Below, piece by piece: positions 54,304 through 62,904 of a stretch of DNA of 64,000 nucleotides. Within the stretch, counting starts at the first letter, position 1. Every line of letters starts with the position of its first letter. The DNA lies in assembly GCA_035538515.1 (NCBI GenBank), contig DATLKF010000007.1, positions 131,438 to 195,437 on the forward strand. The letters run 5' to 3'. Below the pieces are notes generated by a model. That model saw only the letters and a program-made list of their open reading frames with translations, was not told the origin of the DNA and searched no databases. The translations under genes were made by a program, and so were the position numbers. This DNA is from Gemmatimonadales bacterium. Its GTDB lineage: Bacteria > Gemmatimonadota > Gemmatimonadetes > Gemmatimonadales > GWC2-71-9.

Positions 54304-55374
54304 ATGCACCCGTTCCTGCTCCTCCTGCTGCTTATCTTCGTGCGCCCCGGCCCCCGCCCCGGCATCGGTCCCGACTCGCTGCCCTTTGCCACAGTGCAGC
54401 TCGACCGCGAGGAGCAGCGCCTGGTGATCGAGCTGCCGCCGGTGGACCTGCCGGCGGCGGGTCGGGGGCAGGGTGAAGCGATGGTGGGGCTGCCGCTCTG
54501 CCAACTGCACGTCCCGGTCAGCGCGTCACTCCACAGCGCGCGGGTCGAGGTGCTAGACGGCTCGGGACGGGCGCTGCCGCACACACTGCTCCATCACTTC
54601 AACCTGAGCGACCCCGATCACCGCGAGCTGTTTCTGCCGATCGGGCTGCACGTGCTCGCCGCCAGCCGGGAGACCCCGACCATTACCGTGCCCCGCTTCC
54701 TCTTCGGACTGCCGTTGAAGCGCGGCCAACGGCTAATCGCGGGCGCCATGCTGGCGAACACATCGGCCGAGGCCTATCACGGCGTGCGGGTGCGGCTCGT
54801 GCTGCGCTACGTGCCGGGCGGGCGGCCGTGGCCTCTATACCGGGCTTACCCCTGGGCCATCGACGTGCAGTATCCACTCGGGCGTCCACCTAACGGAAGC
54901 AAAGCGTTCGACCTGCCGCCCGGCCGCACCGAGCGGTTCTGGGAGGGTAGCCCGGCGATCGCGGGCACCATTCTCGGCCTCGGTGGTCACCTACACGACT
55001 TCGGCGTCAGTCTCGAGCTCAAGGATGTGACCAGCGGGCAAGTTCTGTGGCAGGGTACACCAGTGACGGACGGAACCGGCCGCATTATCAGCTTCCCACT
55101 CGCGCGGTTCTACAACTGGCACCGTCTCGGCGTGCATGTGGCGCCGGAGCACCGCTACCGACTCACCGCGGTGTACGACAACCACACCGGTCACGCGATA
55201 CGGGACGGAGGCATGGGTGCCGTGGCCGGCCTGTTTGTCCCCGATCGCGGGACGACATGGCCCGCCGTCGACATTCGGGACACGCTTTATCAACAAGACC
55301 TGGCCGCCACGATCCGCTCGGGCAGTACCGACATGATGGCGGACATGATGATGAACCATCACGCCGATCCCTGA
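54304..55374 (+). CDS. hypothetical secreted protein, possible PHM/DBH-like copper monooxygenase fold, Met/His-rich C-terminus
   Basis: AGGAG lies 8 nt upstream of ATG 54304 (alternative ATG 54271). Signal-like LLLLLLIFV. His/Met pattern HH(97-98)...H159...HxH(229,231)...M304. Tail DMMADMMMNHHADP. The function is inference only. Confidence 0.6.
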   Translation: MHPFLLLLLLIFVRPGPRPGIGPDSLPFATVQLDREEQRLVIELPPVDLPAAGRGQGEAMVGLPLCQLHVPVSASLHSARVEVLDGSGRALPHTLLHHFNLSDPDHRELFLPIGLHVLAASRETPTITVPRFLFGLPLKRGQRLIAGAMLANTSAEAYHGVRVRLVLRYVPGGRPWPLYRAYPWAIDVQYPLGRPPNGSKAFDLPPGRTERFWEGSPAIAGTILGLGGHLHDFGVSLELKDVTSGQVLWQGTPVTDGTGRIISFPLARFYNWHRLGVHVAPEHRYRLTAVYDNHTGHAIRDGGMGAVAGLFVPDRGTTWPAVDIRDTLYQQDLAATIRSGSTDMMADMMMNHHADP

Positions 55375-55443
55375 CGGTAGGTTGCCGGAGGCCCTGTGGT
55401 GTGCGTCACGCCACGGCGGCGTCGGTCTAGCTAAGGTTCGCGC

Positions 55444-55803
55444 GTGACAGGAATGAAGTGGGGCCGGCTTCAGGTAGACGTCACGTGCGCGTTGCGCCGT
55501 GGGGCTTGGTACCGCGTGGCGCGACTCGCTGCCCTCGAAGCCGTCCTCGACGTGAACCGCCAGCCGCTCAAGATCCCTCACTACCTCATCCAGATCGTCT
55601 CGACGCCGCCCACGCGGTGGTCGGTGGTACCGCGTCCCGAGGAGGCGGGTGAGTTGCCGGCCGCGTGGGGCTCGCACTACGCCGTGTGCCCGAGCTGCCG
55701 CGAGCGCGCCGCGCTGCGCGGTCGGCCGCGGCGCCTGGAGTGCAACCGCTGCCACGGGAACTTCGAGGTGGCGTGGGACGAGGAGTACCTCACCGCGTTG
55801 TAA
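55444..55803 (+). CDS. hypothetical protein with C-terminal zinc-ribbon (CxxC...CxxC)
   Basis: 119 aa with CPSC and CNRC pairs. The 3' end overlaps the thrC 3' end by 14 nt (convergent). Confidence 0.45.
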   Translation: MTGMKWGRLQVDVTCALRRGAWYRVARLAALEAVLDVNRQPLKIPHYLIQIVSTPPTRWSVVPRPEEAGELPAAWGSHYAVCPSCRERAALRGRPRRLECNRCHGNFEVAWDEEYLTAL

Positions 55804-57073
55804 CGGCGCGCTCCACCGCGTCGATGCGGGCCTCTATTTCCACCGGCTGGTTCGCAGCATCTGCCCGGGTGATCGACTCGGGATCCTTCAGCAGATGACC
55901 CGTCAGCACCGCAACCACCCGTTCGCCGGGGCGGATCACTCCCTCGCGGACTAGGCGTCGGGCCCCCGCCGGGGCGGCGGCACTGGCCGGCTCACAGCCG
56001 ATGCCCGCCCGGTCCACCACCGCTTTGGCTTCGAGGATCTCGTCGTCGCCGACCGTCGTGACCACGCCATTCGTGTCGCGGATCGCGCGTACGGCGCGCT
56101 GGTAGGAGACCGGATTCCCGATGTTGATCGCGGTGGCGACGGTGTGGGGCGTCACGCGGTGCGGCCGGGCGAAGCCGTCGTTGAAGCTGTGCGCGAACGG
56201 CGCGGCTCCTGCAGCCTGTACCGCCGCGAGCCGGGGCGCGCGATCGATCATGCCCCACACGCGCGCCTCTTCGAGCGCTTTACCGAACGCCGCCGTGTTT
56301 CCCAAATTGCCCGCGGGCAGCACGATCCAGTCGGGAGGCTCCCAGGCGAGCTGCTGTAGCAGCTCGAGCACGATCGTCTTCTGCCCCTCGAGCCGGAAGG
56401 GATTCACCGAGTTGAGGAGGTAGACGCCGAGCCGCTCGCTCGCCTGATCCACCAGCTCGAGACAATCGTCGAAGTTGCCCCGCACCAGTAGCGTGCGGGC
56501 GCCGTAGGCGAGCGCCTGAGCGAGCTTGCCAGCCGCGACCTGACCCTTGGGGACGATCACGAGCGCCGGCAGCCCCGCGAGCGCGGCGTACGCGGCGAGT
56601 GACGCCGCCGTGTTGCCAGTGGACGCGCAGGCCACGGCGCGCGCCCCAATGCGTCGTGCCTGGGTCACCCCGACCGTCATGCCCCGATCCTTGAACGAGC
56701 CGGTCGGGTTGTGGCCTTCGTGCTTGAGCAGCAGCTCTGGCGCGCCGACCCACCCGGCGACGGCCGCACTCGCGAGCAGCGGCGTGTTGCCCTCGGGGTA
56801 GGAAAGGATGTGCGGTCCCGCCGTCGGCATCACTGCTTCGGTAAAGCGCCACACGCCCGACGCCAGCGGGCCGCGGCGCACCGCGGTGCGGGCGTCGAAC
56901 GTCGCCCGCAGCGCATTGCCACCCTGGAGCGGCGGGGGCTGACGGACCTCGAGCAGGCCGTGGCAGCGCGGGCAGCGGGGGTGGGGAGCGGTTTCCGGGA
57001 TCTCGTTGCCGCAGGCGGCGCAGACCTGCCGGGGCGAAGGCGTGGGACGGGGGGGCAGCGGGGGCCCGCTCAT
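55790..57073 (-). CDS. thrC: threonine synthase with N-terminal zinc-ribbon extension
   Basis: PLP motif NPTGSFKDRG and full-length ThrC similarity. N-terminal CAAC...CPRC. ATGA overlap with the thrA stop. Confidence 0.9.
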   Translation of the reverse strand: MSGPPLPPRPTPSPRQVCAACGNEIPETAPHPRCPRCHGLLEVRQPPPLQGGNALRATFDARTAVRRGPLASGVWRFTEAVMPTAGPHILSYPEGNTPLLASAAVAGWVGAPELLLKHEGHNPTGSFKDRGMTVGVTQARRIGARAVACASTGNTAASLAAYAALAGLPALVIVPKGQVAAGKLAQALAYGARTLLVRGNFDDCLELVDQASERLGVYLLNSVNPFRLEGQKTIVLELLQQLAWEPPDWIVLPAGNLGNTAAFGKALEEARVWGMIDRAPRLAAVQAAGAAPFAHSFNDGFARPHRVTPHTVATAINIGNPVSYQRAVRAIRDTNGVVTTVGDDEILEAKAVVDRAGIGCEPASAAAPAGARRLVREGVIRPGERVVAVLTGHLLKDPESITRADAANQPVEIEARIDAVERAVTTR

Positions 57074-59604
57074 GCGCCCGCGAGCTTCAGCACATCGTTC
57101 AGGATCCCCCCGGCCGTCACGGCTGGCCCCGCACCGGGTCCGGTGATCACCAGCGGGTTTTTCCGATACCGCGTCGTCGTGAAGATGAACTGGTTGTCCG
57201 TCCCGTTGAGCGCTGCCATCGGGCTCGACGCGAGGACCGCGACAAGGCCGACGCGGATGCGTCGCGGCGTCACGATCGCCCGATAGCGCAGCACGCCGCC
57301 GCGCGCGCGCGCCGCTTCTACCCGCTGTGCCCACAGGCCGTCGAACCGGTCGAGCGACGCGAGAAACGCCTCGAGGCTGAGCCGCTCGGCGCCCGGCGGC
57401 ACGAGCGATTCGACCGCGATGTCCTCGAGCCCTCCCGCGAAGCCGAGCAGGCGCCCCAGAATCAACGCCTTCCGAGCGACGTCCATGCCCGACAGGTCGT
57501 CCCGCGGGTCCGGCTCGGGATAGCCCTTGGCGATCGCGCCGCGCAGCGCCGCCGAGAATGTGGCGCCGCGGCCCAGCTCTCCGAAGAGGTAGCCGAGCGT
57601 GCCCGACGGGCAGCCCTCGATCTTCGAGACCCGGTCGCCCGACTCCACGAGCTTCTGGTAGGTGTCGATGATCGGCAGCCCGGCGCCCACGGTGGCCTCG
57701 AGCAGCAGCCGCCGTCCATGTGCCAGGGCGGCGGCCCGCAGTGCATCGTACTGCCGCTTGTGCGCCGTGACGGGGCGTTTGTTGGCGAGCACAACGTGCA
57801 TGCCAGCGGCGAGCGCGCCGGTGAGGGTTTCAGTCGTATCGTCGGCCGTCAGATCCACGAGGATCGGATTCGCAAGCGCGTGGCGGCCGACGAACGCCAC
57901 CGCCTCGCCGGCGCTCGCATGCCGGCCGCCCGGGGCTTTGGCGAGCGGTGTGCCGTTCGCCTTCGCCTCGCCGAGCGCCGCGAGCCGCCGGGGAGAAAGG
58001 CCGTGGGCGTCGAACACCAGGCCGCTGCGGTCGATCACCGCGACGATGCGGAGCGTCACGCCGTCCCGTTTCACCTTCGCGATCATGGGCGCGAGCGCCC
58101 GCCCGATCTGGCCGAACCCCAGGAGCACGACGTCGCTCCGCTCCGGGTGCGTCACCGCTCCGCCGCCGATTTTCGACAGCTGGAACGCGGCGTGCACCGC
58201 CCGGAGCGCGCGCGCCGCCTCCCGGCCGTCCACGACGAGCGAGAGGTTGAGCTCGGACGACCCCTGGGCCGTCGCGATCACGTTGATCCCCGCCTCCGCC
58301 AGCGCCGAGAACACCCGCGCCGCGATACCCGGCGTGGCCGCCATGCCGAGCCCCACCACCACGAGTGTGGCGAGCCCGCTCTGCACCTCCACCCCGTCGA
58401 TCTCCTGGCGCGCGATTTCCGGGCGAAACGTCTCCTCGAGGCTCTTGCGCGCTCGTGTCGCGCTCTCGGCGGGGACGCTGAAGCAGATGGACTGCTCGGA
58501 CGAGGCTTGGGTGATGAGCGACACCGAGATCCCTTCGTGGTGCACGGCGGCGAATGTGCGCGCCGCGATGCCGGGCACACCCAGCATTCCACTCCCCGTT
58601 ACCGTGAGCAAGGCCTGGCCCGGGATCGCCGAAAGGGCCTTGACCGGATACTGCTCGAGCGTGCGGCGCCGCGAGATCTCGGTTCCGAGCGACGCCGGGT
58701 CGGCGAACGGGCGGACCCGGATCGCGACATTCCGCTTGAGCACAGGGATGAGCGCGCGCGGATGCAACACCTTGGCGCCGTAGTAGGCGAGCTCCGCCGC
58801 TTCGCGCACGTGCACCTGCGGCACCACGCGCGCGTCCGGCACGATCCGTGGATCGGCGGTGAGCAGGCCGGGCACGTCCTTCCACAGCGACACCTCGCGC
58901 GCGCCAAGCACGCGGGCGAGCAGAGTCGCGGTCAGATCCGATCCGCCGCGGCCTAACGTGGCGACCTGTCCGTCCGGAGTCGCGCCGAGGAATCCCGGCA
59001 CCACGGGCACGGTGCCGCGCGCCAGCAGCGGGCCGAGGATGCGGCGGGCTGCGCGCTCGGTGCGGCGGACGTCAGGGGAGGCCCGGCCGAACATGCCGTC
59101 CGTCTGGATGACCTCCGTGGCGTCGACATAGGCGACCGGGCAGCGCACCTCACTCAGCGCGGCGCTGAACACACGCGCCGAAAGGCGTTCGCCGCGCGCC
59201 AGCAGGTAATCCACCGTGCGGGGCGTGAGCTCGCGCAGCACCCGCAGCCCGCCGGCGAGCTGCTCCAGCTCGGTGACGGCGGCGTCGATCAGCTGCAACA
59301 GCTCGTCCAGCCGGGGGCCTCGAGGCACGAGCGCGCGCACCGTCTCGACGTGCTTCGCCCGCAGCATCTCGGCCGCGCCTCGCACGTGTTGGACGTCGCC
59401 CGCTCCCGTTGCTGCGCGATTGGCAGCGTCGAGCAGCGCGTCCGTCACGCCGGCCATTGCCGAGACGACCACGACCAGCGGTGGGGCGCCGTCGGCCGAT
59501 CGTTGCGCAAGGACGATCTGCGCCGCGTGTCGCATGCCTGCGGCGTCGGCGAGCGACGCGCCGCCGAACTTATGGATATGGGGAAGGAGGCTACTGCGTC
59601 TCAT
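57070..59604 (-). CDS. thrA: bifunctional aspartokinase / homoserine dehydrogenase
   Basis: N-terminal KFGGASL...VVVVSAMAGVTD aspartokinase, central ACT region and C-terminal homoserine dehydrogenase (LLGFGQIGR, NKRP). Start at ATG 59604. Confidence 0.9.
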   Translation of the reverse strand: MRRSSLLPHIHKFGGASLADAAGMRHAAQIVLAQRSADGAPPLVVVVSAMAGVTDALLDAANRAATGAGDVQHVRGAAEMLRAKHVETVRALVPRGPRLDELLQLIDAAVTELEQLAGGLRVLRELTPRTVDYLLARGERLSARVFSAALSEVRCPVAYVDATEVIQTDGMFGRASPDVRRTERAARRILGPLLARGTVPVVPGFLGATPDGQVATLGRGGSDLTATLLARVLGAREVSLWKDVPGLLTADPRIVPDARVVPQVHVREAAELAYYGAKVLHPRALIPVLKRNVAIRVRPFADPASLGTEISRRRTLEQYPVKALSAIPGQALLTVTGSGMLGVPGIAARTFAAVHHEGISVSLITQASSEQSICFSVPAESATRARKSLEETFRPEIARQEIDGVEVQSGLATLVVVGLGMAATPGIAARVFSALAEAGINVIATAQGSSELNLSLVVDGREAARALRAVHAAFQLSKIGGGAVTHPERSDVVLLGFGQIGRALAPMIAKVKRDGVTLRIVAVIDRSGLVFDAHGLSPRRLAALGEAKANGTPLAKAPGGRHASAGEAVAFVGRHALANPILVDLTADDTTETLTGALAAGMHVVLANKRPVTAHKRQYDALRAAALAHGRRLLLEATVGAGLPIIDTYQKLVESGDRVSKIEGCPSGTLGYLFGELGRGATFSAALRGAIAKGYPEPDPRDDLSGMDVARKALILGRLLGFAGGLEDIAVESLVPPGAERLSLEAFLASLDRFDGLWAQRVEAARARGGVLRYRAIVTPRRIRVGLVAVLASSPMAALNGTDNQFIFTTTRYRKNPLVITGPGAGPAVTAGGILNDVLKLAGA

Positions 59605-60499
59605 ATCCGCCGGCCGGGCGCGCGACGTGGAACGTTTCGGCGGTGATGTCGTAGCCGCGCCAGGCGCGAACCATCGCGGCACCCACCACGGCAGCCTGCG
59701 ACAGGGGGCTGACGGCGACGAGGGTCGGACCCGAGCCCGACAACGTCGCACCGTACGCGCCGGCCGCCCGGGCTGCGGCCGTCACCGCGTCGTACCCCGG
59801 GACGAGGGAGCGTCGAAACGGGACGTGCAACACGTCGTCGAACCCGGCGGCGAGCAAACGGGGGTCCGCGTGCGCCAACCCTTGCACGAGGGCGGCGCTC
59901 TTCGCGGCCGCCCGCACCGCTTGCGCGTGCGCCAGCGCGGCCGGCAGCACGGCCCGAGCCCGCTTGGTCTCCACCGGGAAATCCGGGATCGCGAACACGA
60001 GCGCCAGCGACTCGTGCAACGCGAGAGGGGTCACGACCAGACCCTCGGCCGTCGACAGTACTAGCGTCGCGCCGCCATACACCGCGGGCGCGACGTTGTC
60101 GGCGTGTCCCTCGAGCTCCGCGCAGAGGGTCGTGAGCGCGGCGCGGTCGAGCTCGAGGCCGAGCAGTGCCGTGGCGGCCGCGGCGCCCGCGACGGCTGCC
60201 GCCGCGGAGGAGCCGAGCCCGCGAGCGACGGGCACGTCGGAATCCGCGGCGAACGCCACACCGGCAGGAACCTCCTGCCCGGCCCGCTCGCAGGCGGCCG
60301 CGAAGCCGCGATACAGCAGGTCGCGCTCGGGCGGCGTGTCCAGCTCGCGGAGCGTTCCCTGCCGCTCGATTCCGGGCGCACCGGGCGCGAGCCGGGCAGT
60401 GACGCGGAGCCACCGGTCCACCGCCACGCCCACGCAGTCGAATCCGGCGCCCAAGTTGGACGTCGAGCCTGGGACCCGTACTGTCACCATCGCTCGCAT
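59591..60499 (-). CDS. thrB: homoserine kinase
   Basis: VRVPGSTSNLGAGFDCVG and GLGSSAAA (GHMP kinase) motifs. Start at ATG 60499 or 60490. Confidence 0.9.
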   Translation of the reverse strand: MRAMVTVRVPGSTSNLGAGFDCVGVAVDRWLRVTARLAPGAPGIERQGTLRELDTPPERDLLYRGFAAACERAGQEVPAGVAFAADSDVPVARGLGSSAAAAVAGAAAATALLGLELDRAALTTLCAELEGHADNVAPAVYGGATLVLSTAEGLVVTPLALHESLALVFAIPDFPVETKRARAVLPAALAHAQAVRAAAKSAALVQGLAHADPRLLAAGFDDVLHVPFRRSLVPGYDAVTAAARAAGAYGATLSGSGPTLVAVSPLSQAAVVGAAMVRAWRGYDITAETFHVARPAGGYETQ

Positions 60500-60532
60500 C
60501 TGCGGCCCCCCCCCACCTCCGGGAAACAGAAA

Positions 60533-60559
60533 CGCCCGCGCTGTGCCACGCCGCGGGCG
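60533..60559. promoter_or_regulatory. terminator-like hairpin in the divergent thrB/asd intergenic region
   Basis: CGCCCGCG-N11-CGCGGGCG (8-bp stem). It is followed by T5 on the plus strand and by TTTCTGTTTCC on the minus strand, just upstream of the thrB SD. Confidence 0.45.
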
Positions 60560-60673
60560 GTCGCTTTTTAGCACCTTATTTTACGTGGCGGCAATACGCG
60601 GCAAATCACCACGGGCGGTTCGGTTGTATGTTCAATACTCACTGTGGGCTACGGCGGCGTCAAGGAGAAGGCG

Positions 60674-61723
60674 ATGGGACGGATGCGGGTCGGGGTTCTC
60701 GGGGCCACGGGCACGGTCGGGCAGCGCTTCTTGCAGCTGCTCCAGCGGCATCCTCAGTTCGAGATCACGGCCGTCGCGGCGTCGGATCGCTCGCAAGGCA
60801 AGCCGTACGCCACCGCGTGCGCGTGGAGGCTGCCGGGCGCGATGCCCGAGGCTGTGCGCGACCTCGTCGTCCAGCCGCCCGAGCCGCCGCTCGACTGCGA
60901 CCTCGTGTTCTCGAGCCTCCCTTCCGATATCGCGGGTCCGGTGGAGACGCGGTTCGCCCGGGCGGGCTACCCGGTCCTGACCAACTCGTCTCCCCACCGC
61001 ATGGACGACGCCGTCCCGCTGCTGATCCCGGAGGTCAACCCCGAGCAGCTCGGCTTGCTCGACGCCTGCAAAGGCACCGGAAGTGGGTTCATCGTCGCGA
61101 ACCCCAACTGCTCGACGGTGATGATCGCACTCGCGCTCGCACCGCTGGCCGCTCGGTTCGGCATCCAAGCGGTGGTCGCCACGACGCTGCAGGCGATCTC
61201 GGGCGCCGGGTACCCCGGGGTCGCGTCGCTCGACATCACGGACAATGTGGTCCCCTTCATCGTCGAAGAGGAAGAGAAGATCGAGCGCGAGACGCGCAAG
61301 ATCCTGGGGCGCATGGACGGGGTCCGCGTCACGCCAGCTCCCTTCAACGTGAGTGCGCAGTGCCACCGCGTGAACGTGGTTGACGGACACCTCGTGGCGC
61401 TGCGGGTGAAGCTGGGCCGCGCGGCGGCGCCGGAGGAGGTCCGCGACGCGTTCTCGTCGTTCGCGGGCCTGCCCCAGCAGCTGCGGCTGCCGAGCGCCCC
61501 GGGACGGCCAATCGTGGTGCGCGACGAGCCCGACCGCCCCCAGCCACGGCTCGACCGTGACGCGGGGGGGGGGATGAGCATCACCGTCGGGCGCATCGCG
61601 CGCGACGCCGTCCTGGGACACCGGTTCGTGGCGTTGAGCCACAACACGATCCGCGGGGCCGCCGGCGCGGCCATTCTCAACGCCGAGCTGCTGCTCGCGC
61701 GGGAGTACCTCACGGGGTCCTAA
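60674..61723 (+). CDS. asd: aspartate-semialdehyde dehydrogenase
   Basis: VGVLGATGTVGQR and active-site NPNCST. AAGGAG lies 6 nt upstream of ATG 60674. Confidence 0.93.
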   Translation: MGRMRVGVLGATGTVGQRFLQLLQRHPQFEITAVAASDRSQGKPYATACAWRLPGAMPEAVRDLVVQPPEPPLDCDLVFSSLPSDIAGPVETRFARAGYPVLTNSSPHRMDDAVPLLIPEVNPEQLGLLDACKGTGSGFIVANPNCSTVMIALALAPLAARFGIQAVVATTLQAISGAGYPGVASLDITDNVVPFIVEEEEKIERETRKILGRMDGVRVTPAPFNVSAQCHRVNVVDGHLVALRVKLGRAAAPEEVRDAFSSFAGLPQQLRLPSAPGRPIVVRDEPDRPQPRLDRDAGGGMSITVGRIARDAVLGHRFVALSHNTIRGAAGAAILNAELLLAREYLTGS

Positions 61724-61918
61724 GGGACCAGCAGTGTGAGGGCCGTCACACTCTGACGGGCTTCTCACCACGTCGATGTGACTTCACACCCGGCTCCGGT
61801 GTCTTTACTCTACCCCAAGCGCTTCCCGAGACGCCGTTAACGCTTGCGACGGGCTCTCCGTCTGACCCGGCGCCCCCGGAACCGCGCCCTGTACTCGCAC
61901 CCGTCGGAGGATCGTCGC

Positions 61919-62818
61919 ATGCGTCGCATGTCTCGGAAAGCCTGGCGCTTCGCCGCTGGCTGTACCACGGCCGCGCTGTTCGCCGCGTGTTCCACCTCAC
62001 CCTCGACGTCTCCCCAGAATCCCGTGCTCACCCAACCCGAGGCCAACGCCGTCGCCGAAGTCGTCACGACCGATGCGGCCTCGTTGGCCGGTGGCGCGAC
62101 GTTCGACTTCGCGACCGGCGTGCCGTTCACTCTGGCGCCCATGCCCGGTGCGCCGGCCATGGCCGCGTCAACCGCGGGCTGCACGCCCGTCCGGAGCCCG
62201 TCGCCCGTGACCAACTCCGACGGCGATCCGGTGCCCGATACGGTGAACATCGCCTTCACCGGTTGCACGTTCACCGGAAACGGGACCACCGTCACCCTGA
62301 GCGGGTCGATCGACATCGTCGATCCGACGCCGCGTACGACGGACCAGTCGTTCCGTACGCGCTCCCACGACTTCACCCGGTCCGTCACCAACTCGGCGAC
62401 CGGAACGACGCGGTCCGTGGTCGAAAACGGAGTTCGGTCCGTGACCGGCACCGCCGACCAAATCCAAGTTTACGATACGACGACGACTGCCTACACGTTC
62501 GCGACGAATGCGACGGCGACGCACGATCGCAAATGGTTGGCGACATTCGCCGCCGACCAGCCGGGCTCGATCCAGCTTGGCTCGGCTCTCCCCAGTGGCA
62601 ACTTGAGTATCAACGGGTCGTCGACGTTCACCTCTCCCACCAACAGCTACTCGCTGGAAGTGTCAACGAGCCCCGCGCTGCATTACAACGCGAGCTGCAC
62701 CGTCCAGCCCCGGTTCGATTCCGGGACACTCACGGTCAAGGTGACCAAGGGCACCGCATCGACCACGGTGACGATCGACTTCAAGGCATGCGGCCAGTAC
62801 ATGGTCACGCGCTCCTAG
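61919..62818 (+). CDS. hypothetical lipoprotein (Thr/Ser-rich, beta-rich)
   Basis: GGAGG lies 8 nt upstream of ATG 61919. Signal plus lipobox LFAAC. No family recognised. Confidence 0.6.
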   Translation: MRRMSRKAWRFAAGCTTAALFAACSTSPSTSPQNPVLTQPEANAVAEVVTTDAASLAGGATFDFATGVPFTLAPMPGAPAMAASTAGCTPVRSPSPVTNSDGDPVPDTVNIAFTGCTFTGNGTTVTLSGSIDIVDPTPRTTDQSFRTRSHDFTRSVTNSATGTTRSVVENGVRSVTGTADQIQVYDTTTTAYTFATNATATHDRKWLATFAADQPGSIQLGSALPSGNLSINGSSTFTSPTNSYSLEVSTSPALHYNASCTVQPRFDSGTLTVKVTKGTASTTVTIDFKACGQYMVTRS

Positions 62819-62840
62819 CTAAGGCAGTCGCGTGTTCCCC

Positions 62841-62871
62841 GAGGCCCGATCCGGCTGCCGGATCGGGCCTC
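62841..62871 (+). terminator. perfect 14-bp hairpin after the lipoprotein gene
   Basis: GAGGCCCGATCCGG-CTG-CCGGATCGGGCCTC followed by ACTGCTTATTAT (weak U-tract). Confidence 0.55.
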
Positions 62872-62904
62872 ACTGCTTATTATGGGGCTCTGACCCACGC
62901 CCAC

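Noticed and set aside
53562-55803. An intact genomic island or prophage inserted at selC.
   Set aside because: There is no integrase, excisionase, transposase or phage gene. The att-like repeats enclose only about 410 bp. The downstream genes lie outside the repeat pair, so only a scar is supported.
60560-60673. A Thr/Ile-rich leader peptide for classical thr attenuation (minus strand).
   Set aside because: The only small ORFs I could read there (for example VSIEHTTEPPVVICRVLPPRKIRC) are not enriched in Thr/Ile codons and have no convincing SD. Only the hairpin is reported.
61564-61573. Phase-variable switches at G/C homopolymers: G10 in asd, C10 in truB and G8 tracts at 9190 and 30246.
   Set aside because: Equally long tracts occur inside essential housekeeping genes, where frameshifting would be lethal. 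The tracts therefore look like a compositional habit of the genome, not contingency loci.
61733-61811. Terminator(s) after asd: the AGTGTGA-N6-TCACACT hairpin and the ACACCCGG-CTC-CGGTGT hairpin with CTTTACTCT.
   Set aside because: The stems are short (7 bp, one with a bulge) and the U-tracts are poor. These are plausible but too weak to list as features.
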